From Candidatus Poribacteria bacterium (GTDB taxonomy: Bacteria > Poribacteria > WGA-4E > WGA-3G), in contig CAXXUA010000003.1 in NCBI GenBank assembly GCA_963663765.2, positions 1-64,000 of the forward strand: a stretch of 64,000 bases of DNA, in the 5' to 3' direction. Position numbers and translations under genes: made by a program. Positions 49,651 to 59,667 of this stretch are shown piece by piece (the stretch's first letter is position 1; each line of letters starts with the position of its first letter). The notes beneath the pieces were generated by a model. That model saw only the letters and a list, made by a program, of their open reading frames with translations. It was not told the DNA's origin and ran no database searches.

Positions 49651-51522
49651 TTACTCCTTATTTTGAATGTTATCAATATCAACTTTCAAATTTGGTTTAT
49701 GTGTGCGTAGTCGTTGAATCGGTGAAATATCCTGAATTGGATTCCCGCTAATAAAAAGATGTGTTAACCGATTAAAGTTCTCAATGATGCTGATATCCCG
49801 AATTTGGTTACCACTAAGGGACAATATCGTAAGACTGTTCATTCCAGAGAGAGGGACTATGTCTTTGATTTGATTGTTGCCAATGGATAATTGTTTGAGG
49901 GATTTTATAGTTGCAATATTCGTAAGGTCACTTATCTGATTTCCATTTAACCTTATACCTAAAAGCTGGGAATGTTCCTTAAATTGAGGAATATTTATGA
50001 TTTTATTTTTATCAAGCCCTAAATTGAGAAGTTTCGTTAATCCAGTGATTACTGTGATATCACTGATCTGATTATTACTGAAGTCTAAGGACAAAAGTTT
50101 TGTTAAATTTCTGATCGGTGTGATATCGCTAATTTGATTGTCTTCAAGCGATAAAGCTGAAAGGTTCGTCAAATTATACATTGGAGAAATGTCAACAATT
50201 TGGTTTCTATCGAGATATAGAAAAAATAATCGTGTTAATTCAGCAAGGGGTGTGATGTTGGTGATATGATTATTCCTGAGATTTAACTGACTCAGTTGTG
50301 TCAATCCTGCCAGCGGTGTGATATCGCCGATTTTATTGTTGTAGAGATTTAACGTCTCAAGCTGTGTCATATTAGCAAGTGGTGCTATATCATTAATATT
50401 GTTATTGTAGAGATTTAACTTCTCAAGCTGTGTCATATTAGCAAGTGGTGTGATATCATTAATTTTATTGTTGTAGAGTTTTAATGTTTTAAGTTGTGTC
50501 AATTTCCCAAGCGGTGTGATATCACTGATCTGATTATCATTAAGCATTAGTGCTGTCAGTTTCGGCAATCCTTCAAAAAATGAAACGATAGGTGTCAGAT
50601 CTTGAATTTGATTATTCTCAAGTCCTAAGTCCGAAAGTTCTTTTAATCCATTGATGTGTTCGATCTCTTTAACTTGGTTGCCTTCAAGCGATAGTCTCCG
50701 AAGTCGAGTCAATCCAGACAATGGTGTGAGGTCGCTAATCTGATTACCTTCAAGCGATAAACCCCGAAGCTGAGTCAATTTAGACAATGGTGTGAGGTCG
50801 CTAATCTGATTACTACTAAGGAATAAACCCCAAAGTCGAGTCAATTCAGACAATGGTGTGAGGTCGCTAATCTGATTACTACTAAGTACTAAGCTCGTCA
50901 GTTTTGATAATTTTGTGAGTGGTGTGATGTCTTGGATTTCATTATTACCAATAGATAAGGTGTGCAGCTGCGACAAATTTACCACGGATGTAAGGTCTAT
51001 AATTTTATTATTGGATAAAGATGATTTTTCCAATTGCACAAGTCCTGCCAAGGGTGTGATATTTTGGATTCGATTCCTTTGTAGGGATAAATCTGTAAGT
51101 TCTTTCAATCCACTGAGCGGGGTGATGTCACTAATATGGTTACTTTCAAGAGAGAGCTTCTCAAGTCGTATTAACTCAGACAATGGAGTGATGTCCGTAA
51201 TTTGATTAGAATTTAGGCTTAACGAGATAAGATTTGTTAATCCAGCAAGAGGGGTAATATCTGAAATTTGACCACTTTTAATTGATAAACTTGTTAAATG
51301 TGTTATTTTTTCTATACCTGTCAAATCACTGATATTGTGTTCACCTGTAGATAACTTTCCTAATTCTTCCAACTTCTTTTGTGTGATAGGTTCATCAGGG
51401 GACAAACCCAATTCTTCCCGGATAGCTGCAGCTAAATTCGGGTCGGGGAACTCTACGCGTTCTGGTGCGGAACAGCTAATAAATGCAATGAGTAGTACAA
51501 AAAGCAGGTAAATTTGTTTCAT
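49651..51522 (-). CDS. Internalin-like leucine-rich repeat protein (probable lipoprotein)
   Basis: N-terminus nearly identical to its neighbour. More than 20 LRRs with internal 66-bp DNA repeats. Confidence 0.9.
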   Translation of the reverse strand: MKQIYLLFVLLIAFISCSAPERVEFPDPNLAAAIREELGLSPDEPITQKKLEELGKLSTGEHNISDLTGIEKITHLTSLSIKSGQISDITPLAGLTNLISLSLNSNQITDITPLSELIRLEKLSLESNHISDITPLSGLKELTDLSLQRNRIQNITPLAGLVQLEKSSLSNNKIIDLTSVVNLSQLHTLSIGNNEIQDITPLTKLSKLTSLVLSSNQISDLTPLSELTRLWGLFLSSNQISDLTPLSKLTQLRGLSLEGNQISDLTPLSGLTRLRRLSLEGNQVKEIEHINGLKELSDLGLENNQIQDLTPIVSFFEGLPKLTALMLNDNQISDITPLGKLTQLKTLKLYNNKINDITPLANMTQLEKLNLYNNNINDIAPLANMTQLETLNLYNNKIGDITPLAGLTQLSQLNLRNNHITNITPLAELTRLFFLYLDRNQIVDISPMYNLTNLSALSLEDNQISDITPIRNLTKLLSLDFSNNQISDITVITGLTKLLNLGLDKNKIINIPQFKEHSQLLGIRLNGNQISDLTNIATIKSLKQLSIGNNQIKDIVPLSGMNSLTILSLSGNQIRDISIIENFNRLTHLFISGNPIQDISPIQRLRTHKPNLKVDIDNIQNKE

Positions 51523-51700
51523 TGTATTATTCCTCCTAAGTATGTTCTACTTAGTGATAAAAGAGGGATAGGAATTGTCGGGGATTAAACGCTTGTTGGA
51601 TGTTAATCTAACACATTGCCTCTTAGATTTCAATCTTTATTCTTATGTTTTGAATGTATTATCGCTTGCAGAATGAAGATAATTCCGTTATAGTTATTGT

Positions 51701-52627
51701 ATGACTTCAGGCAACCAAACACTTACAGTAATTGATGGAATACAGGTCGGACACGCGACAGATTTGAAAGCGCGGACAGGATGTACTGTTATCCTCTGTC
51801 CCGATGGAGCGACAGCAGGTGTTGATGTGCGCGGTGCTGCCCCCGGTACACGAGAAACAGAATCAATTCGTCCAGGACGTTTAATCCAGAAAGTACATGC
51901 TATCCTGTTGACAGGTGGAAGTGCCTTCGGATTAGATGCTGCGGGTGGTGTCGTCCAATACCTTGAGGAAAATGGCGTTGGGTTTGGTGCGGGTGAAATT
52001 CGTGTCCCGATTGTTCCTGCAGCAGTCATTTTTGACCTATTTGTTGGTGATGCCAAGGTGCGTCCAAATAGAGAAATGGGTTATCAGGCGTGCCTTGATG
52101 CAACATCTGAATCCGTTGCGATGGGTACTGTCGGTGCTGGAACAGGTGCGACCGTAGGTAAAGCACAGGGTGTTATGCCTTCACAGGGGGGTGTGGGTTC
52201 AGTATGTCAACGACTTGATAATGGACTAATCGTTGCTGCGCTGACAGTTGTGAATGCGTTGGGAAACATCGTAAATCCCACAACAGGAGAGATTATCGCT
52301 GGAGGTAAAGTAGATGGACGTTTCGTGGACATCACAGAACGACTCTTAGATGCAAATGTTGTTCCCGGTACGAATACAACTATAGGTGTTGTTACGACAA
52401 ATGCCACGCTTACTGTAGCAGAAGCGACACGGGTTGCAGAGATGGCACACGATGGGATGGCACGTGCGATTCGTCCATCGCATACTATGTTTGATGGTGA
52501 TACGGTGTTTACCCTTGCTACAGGTGCACATGTTGGCAGTAGCGTCAATACTGTTGGTATACTTGCGGCGGAGGTGGTTGCTGAGGCAATTGTTGCTGCG
52601 GTAACTGCTATTGCTGTTGCCGATTAG
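51701..52627 (+). CDS. P1 family (S58, DmpA-like) peptidase
   Basis: VGHATD..TGCTVI, RGAAPGTRET, LTGGSAFGL, GAGTGA, NTTIGVV and HTMFDGD motifs. Confidence 0.9.
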   Translation: MTSGNQTLTVIDGIQVGHATDLKARTGCTVILCPDGATAGVDVRGAAPGTRETESIRPGRLIQKVHAILLTGGSAFGLDAAGGVVQYLEENGVGFGAGEIRVPIVPAAVIFDLFVGDAKVRPNREMGYQACLDATSESVAMGTVGAGTGATVGKAQGVMPSQGGVGSVCQRLDNGLIVAALTVVNALGNIVNPTTGEIIAGGKVDGRFVDITERLLDANVVPGTNTTIGVVTTNATLTVAEATRVAEMAHDGMARAIRPSHTMFDGDTVFTLATGAHVGSSVNTVGILAAEVVAEAIVAAVTAIAVAD

Positions 52628-52643
52628 CGATTTTCAAGGTCTA

Positions 52644-54242
52644 TTACTTTATCTGTGAAGGAATTTCTTGGGTAACTGGTATTATATAACTACGAATCGG
52701 ATAACCTTCTTGTATTTCTGTCTCTATCAGTGGGGACGGTTGTTTTCGGTGATCAAATACAATGTAGCATCCTTCTGTGGCTTTCTCCAATTTAAGGTAC
52801 TTAGCGAGCTGTTTTTTTCCGGTTTGATAAAGACTTTCTCCTTCCCAAATTTTGGTTTCAACAACATATTTTTGCTGATTGTGGAGAATGAGTAAGTCTA
52901 TTCTACCTCTACCCGTTTGTACTTCAAGATACATGTTACCGCGCACAAGACGTACAAACTGATCAAGATAAGCAAATAGAAGATATTGACCGACAAATTC
53001 TTTCGGAGTCTGCGGGACTTGCAAAAGGCGATGTCCAGCTCGTTCAATAAAACTTTGAAAGTTATCAAGGAGGGGCTGCATCTGAATCTGTCCGTCGGGG
53101 GTGAGGTAATCCAAAAAATTTGCAGCGGTTTCATCGGAGAAATACTCGTTTTCAAGTCCATTTATCACTGGTTGAAAGGTTTGCATGATCCGATGGTGGT
53201 AAATTGGATTGACGATTTCACACATCCCATCAGAACCTTCTGCAATAATCCCATAAGTAGTGAGTTCATCAATAAGTTCGTTGTCTAAATTGAATCCTAT
53301 ACCTTTATCATAAGATACGATTTTCATCAAAATGTTTTCAAAATGCGGGTTTCTCCGTATATTGCTGATAAGATGCTCTATGTTGGTGTTTCGTTCCCGA
53401 AGCATGCGTGTGTGTGCTTGCGTAAAATGCACCATTTGAATCGTAACAGTATTTGGAATATTTAGTTCATTGGTGAGAATCTGTGCAAATCTATTCACAA
53501 GAAAAGGCTGACCGGCTGTTTGTTTGTGTAGTGCTTCAATAACTTCAATTGAGATAGTTTGTCCGACTTCATCTGTATACTGTGTAAAAAGTTCACGGAC
53601 TTGCTCAAGCGTGAAGTTTGGTAATGCAAACTCGTCTTGTATATTGAATGGGGAGATGGACCTATCATAGTTGAGTTGTGTAATGCTTTTCACTCCCACG
53701 ATTCCAAGGCTAAATGGACATCGTGCTTCTGAATCCGACAGGTAGATACGACGGAGCGAGTGGAGAAAATCTGACACTACATCTTGTGGGATACCGTCAA
53801 ACTCGTCAATGATGATAATGATCCGTTGGTTGTCTAACACCCTCAAAAGTTCTTCAAAAAAATGTCTTAATGTCACATGATTGGTAATATGCGTGTTCTC
53901 AAGTAATTGGTGAAGTGGATTAGACAATACTATTTCACGTTTTTGAAATACGTTTTCAATTTCTTTCCGAATGTCTTGGAGAAGGTAGTTGTAAAAATCA
54001 GAAGGGTTTACGTTTTTATACTCCTCAAAATCCAATTGGATTGGAAAGTAAATTTGGTCCTCTTCAATGAGGACATCAAGTGCTAACCTGAAAAAGGTCG
54101 TTTTCCCAGTTTGTCGTGGTGCAAAGATGACGATATAACGTCCCTGTTTGACCCAGTTGACGAAATCAGAGAGTTCTTTGCTCCGTTGAACGACATAGTT
54201 CCGGTCAGGTGACACAGGTCCTTGAGTTTCAAAGGTTTTCAT
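52644..54242 (-). CDS. AAA-like P-loop ATPase with C-terminal PD-(D/E)XK-like domain
   Basis: APRQTGKTT, IIIDEFD, GRIDLL...VVETKIW. Paralog of 8086-9690. Confidence 0.8.
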   Translation of the reverse strand: MKTFETQGPVSPDRNYVVQRSKELSDFVNWVKQGRYIVIFAPRQTGKTTFFRLALDVLIEEDQIYFPIQLDFEEYKNVNPSDFYNYLLQDIRKEIENVFQKREIVLSNPLHQLLENTHITNHVTLRHFFEELLRVLDNQRIIIIIDEFDGIPQDVVSDFLHSLRRIYLSDSEARCPFSLGIVGVKSITQLNYDRSISPFNIQDEFALPNFTLEQVRELFTQYTDEVGQTISIEVIEALHKQTAGQPFLVNRFAQILTNELNIPNTVTIQMVHFTQAHTRMLRERNTNIEHLISNIRRNPHFENILMKIVSYDKGIGFNLDNELIDELTTYGIIAEGSDGMCEIVNPIYHHRIMQTFQPVINGLENEYFSDETAANFLDYLTPDGQIQMQPLLDNFQSFIERAGHRLLQVPQTPKEFVGQYLLFAYLDQFVRLVRGNMYLEVQTGRGRIDLLILHNQQKYVVETKIWEGESLYQTGKKQLAKYLKLEKATEGCYIVFDHRKQPSPLIETEIQEGYPIRSYIIPVTQEIPSQIK

Positions 54243-54355
54243 TTTGTTACCTTTTTAGCAGTTATCATCATATTATTTTATCAGTTTACCGTGTGAAAAT
54301 CAATCTTTCATTTAGTCAATATTTTATAGATACATCCTAACAAAACCGCTCAATA

Positions 54356-55768
54356 CTAAATATTTGACACATAAATCGGTTTACCTTGCATTTCTTTTGG
54401 AATGTCAATACCGAATTCGTTTAGCACTGTCGGTGCGATATCGTATATGCTTTTTGTCGGAACATGTCCACTTGTCTGTCTACCGTCTTTGAGAATAAAC
54501 ATACCCATCTCAGCATGGTTACAGTCGTCAGGACCGGTGTCGTTGTCATAAGTATAGATGCTGTCGTATCCAACACTTCCCACTGAACGCCAATAGAGGT
54601 CACCGAAATAGACGATGAGGTCAGGTGGGATGTTGCGGCACTTTTGATATACCTCCTCTGGCTTAAAGACGCGTGTATTGATATTCTTTCCGGTCTCATC
54701 TACGATCGCTTCAAGTTGTATCTTTAGTTCATCTCGAACCCTTTCGTAGTCTTGTGGATTGACAATCCCGTTAGGTTCTCTACCAGAAACATTGAGAAAG
54801 ATTCGTGCGTAATACCCACCTTCACCCCATGCTTTTGTCTGTTGCCAATTTACCATGTCAGTTGAGAACCGCGAAATACTTTTCGGTTTCGTTTTTAGTG
54901 TGAGATAACGGTGTTTTTGCAACCATTCATTGACACAGATACCGCCATCCATCCGTTTTGCGCCGTGGTCGGAGACAACCATGACAGTGGTGTCATCATC
55001 AACCAATTCTAACATCTTACCAAGTTCATCATCAAGTGTGCGATAGTAGTTCCGCATTGTATCCGCAAACGGTGAATTCGGTTCATATTTTGGATGCGTC
55101 TTATCCCAAAACCGCCAAAATGCGTGATGGAGTCGGTCAGAACCCATCTCCACCATCATGAAGAAATCCCATGCTTTTTTCTCAAGCAGATAACGTGCGA
55201 ATTTGAACCGTGCGCGTGTCATTTTATGGAGTTGCTGTTCCAACTCCGCGCGTTTATCGGTGCGGTAATTTGGAATGTCAATCATGTAATCAGGTGCGAC
55301 TTGGGAAATTTCACGTGTGAGTCTCGGTGGAAATGTCCACTGCAAGTTTCGTTGTGTCAACGGAGAATTGAGATCACAAGGAGTGAGGAAACTGGTAATC
55401 ATCCACCCCGGAAATGGTTTTGCAGGATAGGTGAGCGGTACTCCCAAGACAGCAGAACGTTTTTGTGTTTGTCCAATTAAATCCCAGAGAGTCGGTAATT
55501 GCACCTGTTGTGCGTTGGCAATACTGAGTGCATCGTAGGTATAATCCGCCCGGTTGCGAAAGCCGTAGATACCGAGTTCACCCGGATCACGACTGGTCAT
55601 CATGCACATCCACGCAGGCACGGTAATAGGTGGGATTGTGCTTTCCAATTCCCCATAGATACCCTTTTGCATCAAGCCTTTTGTATGAGGCATGTCGTCT
55701 ATGAATGCATCAAAGACCAATTCGGGTGCAGCGCAATCCCATCCTATAATTAGAACCCGCTTATTCAT
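54356..55768 (-). CDS. Alkaline phosphatase superfamily phosphodiesterase / nucleotide pyrophosphatase
   Basis: IIGWDCA, STIPPITVPAW, DRLHHAFW and VSDHGA motifs. ATG at 55768. Confidence 0.85.
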   Translation of the reverse strand: MNKRVLIIGWDCAAPELVFDAFIDDMPHTKGLMQKGIYGELESTIPPITVPAWMCMMTSRDPGELGIYGFRNRADYTYDALSIANAQQVQLPTLWDLIGQTQKRSAVLGVPLTYPAKPFPGWMITSFLTPCDLNSPLTQRNLQWTFPPRLTREISQVAPDYMIDIPNYRTDKRAELEQQLHKMTRARFKFARYLLEKKAWDFFMMVEMGSDRLHHAFWRFWDKTHPKYEPNSPFADTMRNYYRTLDDELGKMLELVDDDTTVMVVSDHGAKRMDGGICVNEWLQKHRYLTLKTKPKSISRFSTDMVNWQQTKAWGEGGYYARIFLNVSGREPNGIVNPQDYERVRDELKIQLEAIVDETGKNINTRVFKPEEVYQKCRNIPPDLIVYFGDLYWRSVGSVGYDSIYTYDNDTGPDDCNHAEMGMFILKDGRQTSGHVPTKSIYDIAPTVLNEFGIDIPKEMQGKPIYVSNI

Positions 55769-55778
55769 ACTATGTCCT

Positions 55779-57131
55779 TTATGCCCAACGTGGTTTTCTA
55801 CCACCAAACCGCTGTTCACTGATGTTCCACAGTTCTGTCAATCCGAGTTGACGGATATGGTCTAAACCGGCAATGCATGGATCATTTATCCGAGTGAGCC
55901 ACTGCTGAAGTTCTGTCTCTAATTCTTCTTTGAGCGATTGTGAGTTTGCATCGTCAATAAGATTGTTCATTTGATACGGGTCGTTATCATTATCGTAGAG
56001 TAGCCAGCCTGTTCCATCGTAATGACGTGCGTAAGTGTGTCTATGTGTCCGGACACCTCGCCATTCGCGGAGACCGAAATTGAACCCTTCACCACCATGC
56101 AATGGAAGCTCAAGCAGAACAGATTGCGGTTCATCAATTGCCTTTCCAAGCATCGCATCTGAAAGGTCAATACCTTCAACACCTTCTGGTATTGGTAGAT
56201 CACACAAGGATAGCATTGATGGCATAAAATCTACAAGGCTTAGTAATGTATCACGGGTAACACCAGCGGGAATTTTGCGTGGATACCGGATCATGAAAGG
56301 GATGCGGCTTGATTCGTCCCACGGACGTTCTTTTCGGTTATGTCCATGACTACCCAGCATATCACCATGGTCAGATGTATAGACAAGGATTGTGTCTTCA
56401 GCGATGCCGATTTCGTCTAATGCAGTCATCAGACGTGCAAGGTTTTCATCTAAAGCCGTGATATGTGCGTAGTAGCCTGAAATATCCTTTCGTGTTGCAG
56501 GAGTGTCTACAGCATTTGGACGTAACTGAATTTCTTCTGGTGGATACATCTCTTTATACCGTTCAGGTACATGTTCATACGGATTGTGAGGTGGTCCCCA
56601 ACTTACATAGAGACAGAAGGGTTCATCGGCATGGTCGCGGCAGTATTGGATTGCCTGATCAGTTTGAAAATCGGGTTCATATCCTTCTATTTTGTGTTTG
56701 TTTCCATCGGAGTCGTGGTAGGGCGCGTTGAAATAATTATGATGACAATTCCATCCAACCCAATGATCAAAACCGAACCGCATTTCGTGAGTAATGAACT
56801 TATCCCTCGGCATGCCGCCGAGGTGCCATTTGCCGATATATCCTGTTGCGTATCCATCGTCTTTGAAGACTTGTGCAACGCCTGTTTCAGATAATGGTAG
56901 TGGTAAGTCGTTAGAGACCGCTTTGTGGCTCAAAGGGTGTTTGCCGGTCATCAGGCATCCGCGAGCAGGTACACATATCGGGACATTGGTAAAGGTGTTT
57001 GGAAAGAACATCCCTTCTTGTGCAAGTTGATCCATAGCGGGTGTCTGTAATTGTGGGTTGCCAGCACATCCGACATCACATTGCCGGTGTTGGTCTCCAA
57101 AAACAAAGATTAGATTTGGTTTTCGTTCCAT
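55779..57131 (-). CDS. Sulfatase (Cys-type)
   Basis: KPNLIF..DQHR, CVPARGCLMTG (CxPxR), GKWHLG, PPHNPY and SDHGD motifs. Confidence 0.93.
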   Translation of the reverse strand: MERKPNLIFVFGDQHRQCDVGCAGNPQLQTPAMDQLAQEGMFFPNTFTNVPICVPARGCLMTGKHPLSHKAVSNDLPLPLSETGVAQVFKDDGYATGYIGKWHLGGMPRDKFITHEMRFGFDHWVGWNCHHNYFNAPYHDSDGNKHKIEGYEPDFQTDQAIQYCRDHADEPFCLYVSWGPPHNPYEHVPERYKEMYPPEEIQLRPNAVDTPATRKDISGYYAHITALDENLARLMTALDEIGIAEDTILVYTSDHGDMLGSHGHNRKERPWDESSRIPFMIRYPRKIPAGVTRDTLLSLVDFMPSMLSLCDLPIPEGVEGIDLSDAMLGKAIDEPQSVLLELPLHGGEGFNFGLREWRGVRTHRHTYARHYDGTGWLLYDNDNDPYQMNNLIDDANSQSLKEELETELQQWLTRINDPCIAGLDHIRQLGLTELWNISEQRFGGRKPRWA

Positions 57132-57395
57132 TCTTCCTCCTATTTCTAATTCTAATATTGATTTGATACTTCACGGAAACTACCAGGAACCGCTAAACGT
57201 TTTTCAACTGGAAAACTATTATATTTTCGGTTGTGTAGTCTTACCCAATCCGAACTTTTACAACTACAACCGAGTATCCGCTGTAACATTTTCGTGTTGT
57301 TGTTTTGCGTTAAGCCTTCACCGCATTTTCAAAGGATATTGTATTGACAGATATTATACCATGTCTAAGTGAAAAAAAATATCAATCTTAGATTG

Positions 57396-57771
57396 CAATA
57401 CCTTCGCCAATAATAGACATTCTTCCAGATTGTGTGGGTAGTTGTAGCACATTCTTCCAGATTGTGCGGGTAGTTGTAGCACATTCTTCCAGATTGTGCG
57501 GTCAGTTGTAGCACATTCTTCCAGATTGTGCGGTCAGTTGTAGCACATTCTTCCAGATTGTGCGGTCAGTTGTAGCACATTCTTCCAGATTGTGCATATA
57601 AATTATTCTGTCAGATTCTATCGTCAAATTCGACGCTATGATAAATAAAAATACTTCAACGAAAACCTGAAGTTATTTTTATTTATGTAATCCTAACAAT
57701 ATCACAGAGCAATGGTAGATCAACACTATATACTCATTCAACTGAAGCACTAAAAAATGGCGAAGGTATTG
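57396..57771. mobile_element. MITE-B
   Basis: TIR CAATACCTTCGCCA with about five internal 32-bp units. Confidence 0.88.
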
Positions 57772-57791
57772 ATCATCTTGTCCATGTTTTT

Positions 57792-59501
57792 AGTGGTTCT
57801 TTCGGCAATTAATTGTTGCATAAAATAAAAGTCCAATGCTGAAGAACCCCGTAGTCATATGTTTAAGTAGTAGATCGTCAATGGAAACATATCAGGACTT
57901 ATACACCCAACGGTAGGCATGCTTTGTAAGCGCGCCGGAAACCTAAAAAATGCTGAAAATTACATCGTTTTCGTCTTAATTCTTGATTGGATCATGAAAA
58001 CTGCGTAAGTCCTACATAGAATAAATACTTAGCAAGAAAATCATTTAGTGGTTTACTCGGCAATTAATATTGGTATTTTAGACACCCTAAATTCACCCAC
58101 ATTTATCCCCCTGCAAGCGAGGGGAAGGGACATTTTGGTTGTTTCTGTCCGTTCTATATATAATAAATGTTTAGCGAGTAAACCATTTAGTTCCGTAGGA
58201 ACGATATGTTTATAGAAAATGTTTTCTACCCCAATTGAGTTCCGTAGGAACGATATGTTTATAGAAAATGTTTTCTACCCCAATTGAGTTCCGTAGGAAC
58301 GATATGTTTATAGAAAATGTTTTCTACCCCAATTGAGTTCCGTAGGAACGATATGTTTATAGAAAATGTTTTCTACCCCAATTGAGTTCCGTAGGAACGA
58401 CATAGAAGAATACACATATCGTCCCTACCAAATCAACGCCAAATGCGTCAAATCAAGAAATCAACGGTATGAATGCCATTAAGGCATTCCCCGTATGGCA
58501 TTTGTCGGGACTAAAAAGCGATGTTCATGTTTCAATAATCTAAAATTGATGTATAAAGTTCGGTTAGGAAACCGAACCTTGTATTAACTTTCAGTAAATC
58601 TCAATAACAGAAAATTCTTAAAACTGAATAACACTATTGCTTAGTCACGTGTTTATTGATGGGTCTAAAAAGTAGTCGGGAATCGGAGTTCCCTCCTACA
58701 ATACACACAAGACTTCTGTAGGAGCGATCTCCGAATCTCGACCTACAATAATAGTATGTTGACTCAACACTATTGCTTAGTCACGTGTTTATTGATGGGT
58801 CTAAAAAGTAGTCGGGAATCGGAGTTCCCTCCTACAATACACAAGACTTCTGTAAGAGCGATCTCCGAATCTCGACCTACAATAGTATGTTGACTCAACA
58901 CTAGATTGAACATAGGTATACGAGTTGTGCTAAATGACTTTATGTAAACCATTGTTTCACATAAGCATAACGTTTTGCAGGTGTCCTTCATAGCTTGAAA
59001 CGATCTTCAGTCCCGACAAATGCCATACGCGCATTTGGCGTTGATTTGGTAGGGACGATATGTTTATAGAAAAACGTCATAGTACATCCTCTTTAGTCCC
59101 GCCAAATGCCATACGCGCATTTGGCGTTGATTTGGTAGGGACGATATGTGTGCATTATAAACCTAATATTATGTAAAAACTTTGAAAACAATGGGTTAAC
59201 TGGCACAAGTCGTTAATTGTATATTTCACTATAAGTTACTAATTGGTAAAATTGGTAATTTTTTCTTCGGAAAAACCCAGTCATAGACAAGATTCGTGTA
59301 CAGAATAAATTACCAATTGCCTGTAAGTAGCGACTTGTGCTAAATAACTATTTATTAAAAATTACTTCACATAGACAAGAGGATTTAACCGTCGTTCTTT
59401 TGCTTTGGATGATCTTTAGTCCCGTTGGGACGAAATGTTTATATATCATACCCAATATATGTGAATTTAGTATAAACATTTAGTTAACTGGCACAAGTCG
59501 T
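57792..59501. mobile_element. Mosaic of adjacent and nested MITEs/REPs
   Basis: Includes 57893-58014 nested in an element whose empty form is at about 37345-37473, a MITE-C body, a tandem pair at 58635-58903, MITE-E at 58920-59213 and a relative at 59331-59501. Confidence 0.75.
58189..58400. repeat. 4 x 49-bp tandem REP array
   Basis: Unit AGTTCCGTAGGAACGATATGTTTATAGAAAATGTTTTCTACCCCAATTG. Confidence 0.9.
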
Positions 59502-59667
59502 TAGGTATGTAATTGTCGATTATTCGCAAATTCTAACACAGGTTTCTTATGGTAGGAGCGAACTGTCGGTCACATTCTGTCGAATGCAATATGTGCATTC
59601 GACGTTGATTTGAAAATCCCGGTTCAGACAATACTTCGGTATTGAAAACTCTACCCGTTATACAAAC

